DNA of 64,000 bases from Camelus dromedarius (taxonomy: Eukaryota). The DNA is taken from contig NC_087436.1 of NCBI RefSeq assembly GCF_036321535.1, positions 1,178,001 through 1,242,000 of the forward strand, in the 5' to 3' direction. Both the position numbers and the translations under genes were made by a program. This document shows positions 52,301-63,983 of the stretch, in pieces; the first letter of the stretch is position 1, and every line of letters begins with the position of its first letter. A model generated the notes under the pieces. The model was given only the letters and a program-made list of their open reading frames with translations. It was not told the origin of the DNA and made no database searches.

Positions 52301-55054
52301 TTTGCAACTGAAAAGAAACTTTGTGTTCCCAACAAGCTAGGTGAAGGACGGCTTTCACACACACTTATCTCTCAGAACTGAGCAAGTGGAGAGACGTTCG
52401 TTCATCCAGCACCAAGGGAACGGGTTGCAGGAGACACGTTTTCTCTGCTTTCTCAGTCTGTTTCCTAGTGCCGGTTTGAAGTTCCTGCAGTTATCACTGT
52501 AAAACCGAGTTGGAGCTTGTACCTCCCCATATATATGTATGGAATGGAGTTTGCAACTGAAAAGAAACTTTGTGTTCCCAAAAAGCTAGGTGAAGGACGG
52601 CTTTCACACACACATATCTCTCAGAACTGAGCAAGTGGAGAGACGTTCGTTCATCTAGCACCAAGGGAACGGGTTGCAGGAGACACTTTTTCTCTGCTTT
52701 CTCAGTCTGTTTCCTAGTGCCGGTTTGAAGTTCCTGCAGTTTTCACTGTCAAACCGAGTTGGAGCTTGTACCTCCCCATATATATGTATGGAATGGAGTT
52801 TGCAACTGAAAAGAAACTTTGTGTTCCCAACAAGCTAGGTGAAGGACGGCTTTCACACACACTTATCTCTCAGAACTGAGCAAGTGGAGAGACGTTCGTT
52901 CATCTAGCACCAAGGGAACGGGTTGCAGGAGACACTTTTTCTCTGCTTTCTCAATCTGTTTCCTAGTGCCGGTTTGAAGTTCCTGCAGTTTTCACTGTCA
53001 AACCGAGTTGGAGCTAGTTCCTCCCCATATATATGTATGGAATGGAGTTTGCAACTGAAAACAAACTTTGTGTTCCCAACAAGCTAGGTGAAAGACGGCT
53101 TTCACACACACTTATCTCTCAGAACTGAGCAAGTGGAGAGACGTTCGTTCATCTAGCACCAAGGGAACGGGTAGCAGGAGACACTTTTTCTCTGCTTTCT
53201 CAGTCTGTTTCCTAGTGTCGGTTTGAAGTTCCTGCAGTTTTCACTGTAAAACCGAGTTGGAGCTAGTACCTCCCCATATATATGTATGGAATGGAGTTTT
53301 CAACTCAAAAGAAACTTTGTGTTCCCAACAAGCTAGGTGAAGGACGGCTTTCACACACAATTATCTCTCAGAACTGAGCAAGTGGAGAGACGTTCGTTCA
53401 TGTAGCACCAAGGGAACGGGTTGCAGGAGACACTTTTTCTCTGCTTTCTCAGTCTGTTTCCTAGTGCCTGTTAGAAGTTCCTGCAGTTTTCACTGTCAAA
53501 CCGAGTTGGAGCTAGTACCTCCCCATATATATGTATGGAATGGAGTTTGCAACTGAAAAGAAACTTTGTGTTCCCAACAAGCTAGGTGAAGGACGGCTTT
53601 CACACACACTTATCTCTCAGAACTGAGCAAGTGGAGAGACGTTCGTTCATCCAGCACCAAGGGAACGGGTTGCAGGAGACACGTTTTCTCTGCTTTCTCA
53701 GTCTGTTTCCTAGTGCCGGTTTGAAGTTCCTGCAGTTATCACTGTAAAACCGAGTTGGAGCTTGTACCTCCCCATATATATGTATGGAATGGAGTTTGCA
53801 ACTGAAAAGAAACTTTGTGTTCCCAAAAAGCTAGGTGAAGGACGGCTTTCACACACACATATCTCTCAGAACTGAGCAAGTGGAGAGACGTTCGTTCATC
53901 TAGCACCAAGGGAACGGGTTGCAGGAGACACTTTTTCTCTGCTTTCTCAGTCTGTTTCCTAGTGCCGGTTTGAAGTTCCTGCAGTTTTCACTGTCAAACC
54001 GAGTTGGAGCTTGTACCTCCCCATATATATGTATGGAATGGAGTTTGCAACTGAAAAGAAACTTTGTGTTCCCAACAAGCTAGGTGAAGGACGGCTTTCA
54101 CACACACTTATCTCTCAGAACTGAGCAAGTGGAGAGACGTTCGTTCATCTAGCACCAAGGGAACGGGTTGCAGGAGACACTTTTTCTCTGCTTTCTCAAT
54201 CTGTTTCCTAGTGCCGGTTTGAAGTTCCTGCAGTTTTCACTGTCAAACCGAGTTGGAGCTAGTTCCTCCCCATATATATGTATGGAATGGAGTTTGCAAC
54301 TGAAAACAAACTTTGTGTTCCCAACAAGCTAGGTGAAAGACGGCTTTCACACACACTTATCTCTCAGAACTGAGCAAGTGGAGAGACGTTCGTTCATCTA
54401 GCACCAAGGGAACGGGTAGCAGGAGACACTTTTTCTCTGCTTTCTCAGTCTGTTTCCTAGTGTCGGTTTGAAGTTCCTGCAGTTTTCACTGTAAAACCGA
54501 GTTGGAGCTAGTACCTCCCCATATATATGTATGGAATGGAGTTTTCAACTCAAAAGAAACTTTGTGTTCCCAACAAGCTAGGTGAAGGACGGCTTTCACA
54601 CACAATTATCTCTCAGAACTGAGCAAGTGGAGAGACGTTCGTTCATGTAGCACCAAGGGAACGGGTTGCAGGAGACACTTTTTCTCTGCTTTCTCAGTCT
54701 GTTTCCTAGTGCCTGTTAGAAGTTCCTGCAGTTTTCACTGTCAAACCGAGTTGGAGCTAGTACCTCCCCATATATATGTATGGAATGGAGTTTGCAACTG
54801 AAAAGAAACTTTGTGTTCCCAACAAGCTAGGTGAAGGACGGCTTTCACACACACTTATCTCTCAGAACTGAGCAAGTGGAGAGACGTTCGTTCATCTAGC
54901 ACCAAGGGAACGGGTTGCAGGTGACACTTTTTCTCTGCTTTCTCAGTCTATTTCCTAGTGCCGTTTTGAAGTTCCTGCAGTTTTCACTGTCAAACCGTGT
55001 TGGAGCTAGTACCTCCCCTTATATATGTATGAATGGACTTGGCAACTGAAAAGA
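39863..55054 (+). repeat. Tandem duplication of a 28-monomer unit (6973 bp); second copy contains an extra 5-monomer duplication
   Basis: ORF pairs 40829/47802, 41558/48531, 42327/49300, 42941/49914 and 44198/51171 are all offset by 6973 bp. The copies share a +2 TA insertion and many private SNVs. The junction lies in the monomer starting at 46807. Confidence 0.93.
52286..54775 (+). repeat. Tandem duplication of a 5-monomer unit (1245 bp x2)
   Basis: CCCAAAAAG, CTCAATCTG, GTGAAAGAC, GTGTCGG, TTTTCAACTC and CACAATTATC recur at +1245. Confidence 0.9.
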
Positions 55055-58000
55055 AACTTTGTGTTCCCAACAAGCTAGGTGAAGGATGGCTTTCACACAC
55101 ACTTATCTCTCAGAACTGAGCAAGTGGAGAGACGTTCGTTCATCTAGCACCAAGGGAACGGGTTGCAGGAGACACTTTTTCTCTGCTTTCTCAGTGTGTT
55201 TCCTAGTGCCGGTTTGAAGTTCCTGCAGTTTTCACTGTAAAACCGAGTTGGAGCTAGTACCTCCCCATATATATGTATGGAATGGAGTTTGCAACTGAAA
55301 AGAAACTTTGTGTTCCCAACAAGCTAGTTGAAGGACGGCTTTCACACACACTTATCTCTCAGAACTGAGCAAGTGGAGAGAAGTTCGTTCATCTAGCACC
55401 AAGGGAACGGGTTGCAGGAGACACTTTTTCTCTGCTTTTTCAGTCTGTTTCCTAGTGCCGGTTTGAAGTTCCTGCAGTTTTCACTGTCAAACCGAGTTGG
55501 AGCTAGAACCTCCCCATATATATGTATGGAATTGATTTGGCAACTGAAAAGAAACTTTGTGTTCCCAACAAGGTAGTTGAAGGACGGCTTTCACACACAC
55601 TTATCTCTCAGAACTGAGCAAGTGGAGAGACGTTCTTTTATGTAGCAACAAGGGAAGGGGTTGCAGGAGACACTTTTTCTCTGCTTCCTCAGTCTCTTTC
55701 CTAGTGCCGGTTTGAAGTTCCTGCAGTTTTCACTGTAAAATCGAGTTGGAGCTTGTACCTCCCCATATATATGTAAGGAATGGAGTTTGCAACTGAAAAG
55801 AAACTTTGTGTTCCCAACAAGCTAGGTGAAGGACGGCTTTCACACACATTTATCTCTCAGAACTGAGCAAGTGGAGAGACGTTCGTTCATGTAGCACCAA
55901 GGGAACGGGTTGCAGGAGACACTTTTTCTCTGCTTTCTCATTCTGTTTCCTAGTGCCTGTTAGAAGTTCCTGCAGTTTTCACTGTGAATGAGAGTTGGAG
56001 CTAGTACCTCCCCATATATATGTATGGAATGGAGTTTTCAACTCAAAAGAAACTTTGTGTTCCCAACAAGCTAGGTGAAGGACGGCTTTCACACACATTT
56101 ATCTCTCAGAACTGAGCAAGTGGAGAGACGTTCGTTCATGTAGCACCAAGGGAACGGGTTGCAGGAGACACTTTTTCTCTGCTTTCTCAGTCTGTTTCCT
56201 AGTGCCTGTTAGAAGTTCCTGCAGTTTTCACTGTCAAACCGAGTTGGAGCTAGTACCTCCCCATATATATGTATGGAATGGAGTTTGCAACTGAAAAGAA
56301 ACTTTGTGTTCCCAACAAGCTAGGTGAAGGACGGCTTTCACACACACTTATCTCTCAGAACTGAGCAAGTGGAGAGACGTTCGTTCATCTAGCACCAAGG
56401 GAACGGGTTGCAGGTGACACTTTTTCTCTGCTTTCTCAGTCTATTTCCTAGTGCCGTTTTGAAGTTCCTGCAGTTTTCACTGTCAAACCGTGTTGGAGCT
56501 AGTACCTCCCCTTATATATGTATGAATGGACTTGGCAACTGAAAAGAAACTTTGTGTTCCCAACAAGCTAGGTGAAGGATGGCTTTCACACACACTTATC
56601 TCTCAGAAGTGAGCAAGTGGAGAGACGTTCGTTCATCTAGCACCAAGGGAACGGGTTGCAGGAGACACTTTTTCTCTGCTTTCTCAGTGTGTTTCCTAGT
56701 GCCGGTTTGAAGTTCCTGCAGTTTTCACTGTAAAACCGAGTTGGAGCTAGTACCTCCCCATATATATGTATGGAATGGAGTTTGCAACTGAAAAGAAACT
56801 TTGTGTTCCCAACAAGCTAGTTGAAGGACGGCTTTCACACACACTTATCTCTCAGAACTGAGCAAGTGGAGAGAAGTTCGTTCATCTAGCACCAAGGGAA
56901 CGGGTTGCAGGAGACACTTTTTCTCTGCTTTCTCAGTCTGTTTCCTAGTGCCGGTTTGAAGTTCCTGCAGTTTTCACTGTCAAACCGAGTTGGAGCTAGA
57001 ACCTCCCCATATATATGTATGGAATTGATTTGGCAACTGAAAAGAAACTTTGTGTTCCCAACAAGGTAGTTGAAGGACGGCTTTCACACACACTTATCTC
57101 TCAGAACTGAGCAAGTGGAGAGACGTTCTTTTATGTAGCACCAAGGGAAGGGGTTGCAGGAGACACTTTTTCTCTGCTTCCTCAGTCTCTTTCCTAGTGC
57201 CGGTTTGAAGTTCCTGCAGTTTTCACTGTAAAATCGAGTTGGAGCTTGTACCTCCCCATATATATGTATGGAATGGAGTTTGCAACTGAAAAGAAACTTT
57301 GTGTTCCCAACAAGCTAGGTGAAGGACGGCTTTCACACACATTTATCTCTCAGAACTGAGCAAGTGGAGAGACGTTCGTTCATGTAGCACCAAGGGAACG
57401 GGTTGCAGGAGACACTTTTTCTCTGCTTTCTCAGTCTGTTTCCTAGTGCCTGTTAGAAGTTCCTGCAGTTTTCACTGTGAATGAGAGTTGGAGCTAGTAC
57501 CTCCCCATATATATGTATGGAATGGAGTTTTCAACTCAAAAGAAACTTTGTGTTCCCAACAAGCTAGGTGAAGGACGGCTTTCACACACATTTATCTCTC
57601 AGAACTGAGCAAGTGGAGAGACGTTCGTTCATGTAGCACCAAGGGAACGGGTTGCAGGAGACACTTTTTCTCTGCTTTCTCAGTCTGTTTCCTAGTGCCT
57701 GTTAGAAGTTCCTGCAGTTTTCACTGTCAAACCGAGTTGGAGCTAGTACCTCCCCATATATATGTATGGAATGGAGTTTGCAACTGAAAAGAAACTTTGT
57801 GTTCCCAACAAGCTAGGTGAAGGACGGCTTTCACACACACTTATCTCTCAGAACTGAGCAAGTGGAGAGACGTTCGTTCATCTAGCACCAAGGGAACGGG
57901 TTGCAGGTGACACTTTTTCTCTGCTTTCTCAGTCTATTTCCTAGTGCCGTTTTGAAGTTCCTGCAGTTTTCACTGTCAAACCGTGTTGGAGCTAGTACCT

Positions 58001-59502
58001 CCCCTTATATATGTATGAATGGACTTGGCAACTGAAAAGAAACTTTGTGTTCCCAACAAGCTAGGTGAAGGACGGCTTTCACACACACTTATCTCTCAGA
58101 AGTGAGCAAGTGGAGAGACGTTCGTTCATCTAGCACCAAGGGAACGGGTTGCAGGAGACACTTTTTCTCTGCTTTCTCAGTGTGTTTCCTAGTGCCGGTT
58201 TGAAGTTCCTGCAGTTTTCACTGTAAAACCGAGTTGGAGCTAGTACCTCCCCATATATATGTATGGAATGGAGTTTGCAACTGAAAAGAAACTTTGTGTT
58301 CCCAACAAGCTAGTTGAAGGACGGCTTTCACACACACTTATCTCTCAGAACTGAGCAAGTGGAGAGAAGTTCGTTCATCTAGCACCAAGGGAACGGGTTG
58401 CAGGAGACACTTTTTCTCTGCTTTCTCAGTCTGTTTCCTAGTGCCGGTTTGAAGTTCCTGCAGTTTTCACTGTCAAACCGAGTTGGAGCTAGAACCTCCC
58501 CATATATATGTATGGAATTGATTTGGCAACTAAAAAGAAACTTTGTGTTCCCAACAAGGTAGTTGAAGGACGGCTTTCACACACACTTATCTCTCAGAAC
58601 TGAGCAAGTGGAGAGACGTTCTTTTATGTAGCACCAAGGGAAGGGGTTGCAGGAGACACTTTTTCTCTGCTACCTCAGTCTCTTTCCTAGTGCCGGTTTG
58701 AAGTTCCTGCAGTTTTCACTGTAAAATCGAGTTGGAGCTTGTACCTCCCCATATATATGTATGGAATGGAGTTTGCAACTGAAAAGAAACTTTGTGTTCC
58801 CAACAAGCTAGGTGAACGACGGCTTTCACACACATTTATCTCTCAGAACTGAGCAAGTGGAGAGACGTTCGTTCATGTAGCACCAAGGGAACGGGTTGCA
58901 GGAGACACTTTTTCTCTGCTTTCTCAGTCTGTTTCCTAGTGCCTGTTAGAAGTTCCTGCAGTTTTCACTGTGAATCAGAGTTGGAGCTAGTACCTCCCCA
59001 TATATATGTATAGAATGGAGTTTGCAACTGAAAAGAAACTTTGTGTTCCCAACAAGCTAGGTGAAGGACGGCTTTCACACACACTTATCTCTCAGAACAG
59101 AGCAAGTGGAGAGACGTTCGTTCATCTAGCACCAAGGGAACGGGTTGCAGGTGACACTTTTTCTCTGCTTTCTCAGTCTATTTCCTAGTGCCGTTTTGAA
59201 GTTCCTGCAGTTTTCACTGTCAAACCGTGTTGGAGCTAGTACCTCCCCTTATATATGTATGAATGGAGTTGGCAACTGAAAAGAAACTTTGTGTTCCCAA
59301 CAAGCTAGGTGAAGGACGGCTTTCACACACACTTATCTCTCAGAACTGAGCAAGTGGAGAGACGTTCGTTCATCTAGCACCAAGGGAACGGGTTGCAGGA
59401 GACACTTTTTCTCTGCTTTCTCAGTGTGTTTCCTAGTGCCGGTTTGAAGTTCCTGCAGTTTTCACTGTAAAACCGAGTTGGAGCTTGTACCTCCCCATAT
59501 AT
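54527..59502 (+). repeat. Local 6-monomer HOR (1493 bp x3 plus partial copy)
   Basis: The 248-bp monomer ATGTATGAATGG (1-bp deletion) starts at 55025, 56518, 58011 (+1493 each) and 59255 (+1244). Markers CTAGAACC, ATTGATTTGG, AAGGTAG, TCTTTTATG and GTGAAT(G/C)AGAG repeat in phase. Confidence 0.9.
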
Positions 59503-62500
59503 ATGTATGGAATGGAGTTTGCAACTGAAAAGAAACTTTGTGTTCCCAACAAGCTAGGTGAAGGACGGCTTTCACACACACTTATCTCTCAGAACTGATC
59601 AAGTGGAGAGACGTTCGTTCATCTAGCACCAAGGGAACGGGTTGCAGGAGACACTTTTTCTCTGCTTTCTCAGTCTGTTTCCTAGTGCCGGTTTGAAGTT
59701 CCTGCAGTTTTCACTGTAAAACCGAGTTGGAGCTTCTACCTCCCCATATATATGTATGGAATGGAGTTTGCAACTGAAAAGAAACTTTGTGTTCCCAACA
59801 AGCTAGGTGAAGGACGGCTTTCACACACACTTATCTCTCAGAACAGAGCAAGTGGAGAGACGTTCGTTCATCTAGCACCAAGGGAACGGGTTGCAGGAGA
59901 CACTTTTTCTCTGCTTTCTCAGTCTGTTTCCTAGTGCCGGTTTGAAGTTCCTGCAGTTTTCACTGTGAAACCGAGTTGGAGCTAGTACCTCCCCATATAT
60001 ATGTATGGAATGGAGTTTGCAACTGAAAAGAAACTTTGTGTTCCCAACAAGCTAGTTGAAGGACGGCTTTCACACACACATATCTCTCAGAACTGAGCAA
60101 GTGGAGAGACGTTCGTTCATCTAGCACCAAGGGAACGGGTTGCAGGTGACACTTTTTCTCTGCTTCCTCAGTCTGTTTCCTAGTGCCGGTTTGAAGTTCG
60201 TGCAGTTTTCACTGTAAAACCGAGTTGGAGCTTGTACCTCCCCATATATATGTATGGAATGGAGTTTGCAACTGAAAAGAAACTTTGTGTTCCCAACAAG
60301 CTAGGTGAAGGACGGCTTTCACACACACTTATCTCTCAGAACTGAGCAAGTGGAGAGACGTTCGTTCATCCAGCACCAAGGGAACGGGTTGCAGGAGACA
60401 CGTTTTCTCTGCTTTCTCAGTCTGTTTCCTAGTGCCGGTTTGAAGTTCCTGCAGTTATCACTGTAAAACCGAGTTGGAGCTTGTATCTACCCATATATAT
60501 GTATGGAATGGAGTTTGCAACTGAAAAGAAACTTTGTGTTCCCAACAAGCTAGGTGAAGGACGGCTTTCACACACACATATCTCTCAGAACTGAGCAAGT
60601 GGAGAGACGTTCGTTCATCTAGCACCAAGGGAACGGGTTGCAGGAGACACTTTTTCTCTGCTTTCTCAGTGTGTTTCCTAGTGCCGGTTTGAAGTTCCTG
60701 CAGTTTTCACTGTAAAACCGAGTTGGAGCTAGTACCTCCCCATATATATGTATGGAATGGAGTTTGCAACTGAAAAGAAACTTTGTGTTCCCAACAAGCT
60801 AGTTAAAGGACGGCTTTCACACACACTTATCTCTCAGAACTGAGCAAGTGGAGAGAAGTTCGTTCATCTAGCACCAAGGGAACGGGTTGCAGGAGACACT
60901 TTTTCTCTGCTTTCTCAGTCTGTTTCCTAGTGCCGGTTTGAAGTTCCTGCAGTTTTCACTGTCAAACCGAGTTGGAGCTAGTACCTCCCCATATATATGT
61001 ATGGAATTGAGTTGGCAACTGAAAAGAAACTTTGTGTTCCCAACAAGCTAGTTGAAGGACGGCTTTCACACACACTTATCTCTCAGAACTGAGCAAGTGG
61101 AGAGACGTTCGTTCATGTAGCACCAAGGGAACGTGTTGCAGGAGACAATTTTTCTCTGCTTCCTCAGTCTGTTTCCTAGTGCCGGTTTGAAATTCCTGCA
61201 GTTTTCACTGTCAAACCGAGTTGGAGCTAGTACCTCCCCATATATATGTATGGAATGGAGTTTGCAACTGAAAAGAAACTTTGTGTTCCCAACAAGCTAG
61301 GTGAAGGACGGCTTTCACACACACTTATCTCTCAGAACTGAGCAAGTGGAGAGACGTTCGTTCATCTAGCACCAAGGGAACGGGTTGCAGGAGACACTTT
61401 TTCTCTGCTTTCTCAGTCTGTTTCCTAGTGCCGGTTTGAAGTTCCTGCAGTTTTCACTGTCAAACCGAGTTGGAGCTAGTACCTCCCCTTATATATGTAT
61501 GGAATGGAGTTTGCAACTGAAAAGAAACTTTGTGTTCCCAACAAGCTAGGTGAAGGACGGCTTTCACACACACTTATCTCTCAGAACTGAGCAAGTGGAG
61601 AGACGTTCGTTCATCTAGCACCAAGGGAAAGGGTTGCAGGAGACACTTTTTCTCTGCTTTCTCAATCTGTTTACTAGTGCCGGTTTGAAGTTCCTGCAGT
61701 TTTCACAGTCAAACCGAGATGGAGCTAGTTCCTCCCCATATATATGTATGGAATGGAGTTTGCAACTGAAAACAAACTTTGTGTTCCCAACAAGCTAGGT
61801 GAAGGACGGCTTTCACACACACTTATCTCTCAGAACTGAGCAAGTGGAGAGACGTTCGTTCATCTAGCACCAAGGGAACGGGTTGCAGGAGACACTTTTT
61901 CTCTGCTTTCTCAGTGTGTTTCCTAGTGCCGGTTTGAAGTTCCTGCAGAATTCACTGTAAAACCGAGTTGGAGCTAGTACCTCCCCATATATATGTATGG
62001 AATGGAGTTTGCAACTGAAAAGAAACTTTGTGTTCCCAACAAGCTAGTTGAAGGACGGCTTTCACACACACTTATCTCTCAGAACTGAGCAAGTGGAGAG
62101 AAGTTCGTTCATCTAGCACCAAGGGAACGGGTTGCAGGAGACACTTTTTCTCTGCTTTCTCAGTCTGTTTCCTAGTGCCGGTTTGAAGTTCCTGCAGTTT
62201 TCACTGTCAAACCGAGTTGGAGCTAGAACCTCCCCATATATAAGTATGGAATTGATTTGGCAACTGAAAAGAAACTTTGTGTTCCCAACAAGGTAGTTGA
62301 AGGACGGCTTTCACACACACTTATCTCTCAGAACTGAGCAAGTGGAGAGACGTTCTTTTATGTAGCACCAAGGGAACGGGTTGCAGGAGACACTTTTTCT
62401 CTGCTTTCTCAGTCTGTTTCCTAGTGCCGGTTTGAAGTTCCTGCAGTTTTCACTGTAAAACCGAGTTGGAGCTTGTACCTCCCCATATATATGTATGGAA

Positions 62501-62988
62501 TGGAGTTTGCAACTGAAAAGAAACTTTGTGTTCCCAACAAGCTAGGTGAAGGACGGCTTTCACACACACTTATCTCTCAGAACTGATCAAGTGGAGAGAC
62601 GTTCGTTCATCTAGCACCAAGGGAACGGGTTGCAGGAGACACTTTTTCTCTACTTTCTCAGTCTGTTTCCTAGTGCCGGTTTGAAGTTCCTGCAGTTTTC
62701 ACTGTAAAACCGAGTTGGAGCTTCTACCTCCCCATATATATGTATGGAATGGAGTTTGCAACTGAAAAGAAACTTTGTGTTCCCAACAAGCTAGGTGAAG
62801 GACGGCTTTCACACACACTTATCTCTCAGAACAGAGCAAGTGGAGAGACGTTCGTTCATCTAGCACCAAGGGAACGGGTTGCAGGAGACACTTTTTCTCT
62901 GCTTTCTCAGTCTGTTTCCTAGTGCCGGTTTGAAGTTCCTGCAGTTTTCACTGTGAAACCGAGTTGGAGATAGTACCTCCCCATATAT

Positions 62989-63983
62989 ATGTATGGAATG
63001 GAGTTTGCAACTGAAAAGAAACTTTGTGTTCCCAACAAGCTAGTTGAAGGACGGCTTTCACACACACATATCTCTCAGAACTGAGCAAGTGGAGAGACGT
63101 TCGTTCATCTAGCACCAAGGGAACGGGTTGCAGGTGACACTTTTTCTCTGCTTCCTCAGTCTGTTTCCTAGTGCCGGTTTGAAGTTCGTGCAGTTTTCAC
63201 TGTAAAACCGAGTTGGAGCTTGTACCTCCCCATATATATGTATGGAATGGAGTTTGCAACTGAAAAGAAACTTTGTGTTCCCAACAAGCTAGGTGAAGGA
63301 CGGCTTTCACACACACTTATCTCTCAGAACTGAGCAAGTGGAGAGACGTTCGTTCATCCAGCACCAAGGGAACGGGTTGCAGGAGACACGTTTTCTCTGC
63401 TTTCTCAGTCTGTTTCCTAGTGCCGGTTTGAAGTTCCTGCAGTTATCACTGTAAAACCGAGTTGGAGCTTGTACCTCCCCATATATATGTATGGAATCGA
63501 GTTTGCAACTGAAAAGAAACTTTGTGTTCCCAACAAGCTAGTTGAAGGACGGCTTTCACACACACATATCTCTCAGAACTGAGCAAGTGGAGAGACGTTC
63601 GTTCATCTAGCACCAAGGGAACGGGTTGCAGGTGACACTTTTTCTCTGCTTCCTCAGTCTGTTTCCTAGTGCCGGTTTGAAGTTCGTGCAGTTTTCACTG
63701 TAAAACCGAGTTGGAGCTTGTACCTCCCCATATATATGTATGGAATGGAGTTTGCAACTGAAAAGAAACTTTGTGTTCCCAACAAGCTAGGTGAAGGACG
63801 GCTTTCACACACACTTATCTCTCAGAACTGAGCAAGTGGAGAGACGTTCGTTCATCCAGCACCAAGGGAACGGGTTGCAGGAGACACGTTTTCTCTGCTT
63901 TCTCAGTCTGTTTCCTAGTGCCGGTTTGAAGTTCCTGCAGTTATCACCGAAAACCGAGTTGGAGCTTGTACCTACCCATATAT
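62989..63983 (+). repeat. Tandem duplication of a 2-monomer unit (498 bp x2)
   Basis: A CACAT/GGTGAC/GTTCGTG monomer followed by a CATCCA/CACGTT/GTTATC monomer occurs at 62989 and again at 63487. Confidence 0.82.

Noticed and set aside
1..62922. Repeated 60-80 aa ORFs (MYGMEFATEKK..., MEWSLQLK..., MLVGNTK...) as a multicopy gene family
   Set aside because: They are reading frames of the satellite. The main ORF is open only when a SNV (mostly TGA>AGA at monomer position 94) removes a stop present in most monomers. I recognise no domain or gene context.
59503..63486. Exact 12-monomer tandem duplication (ORFs 59752/62740, +2988)
   Set aside because: Only four monomers (B-E) match at this lag, and the intervening path (K/F chimera, G, ATTGATTTGG type) differs from the canonical cycle. 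It is treated as part of the scrambled ancestral order.
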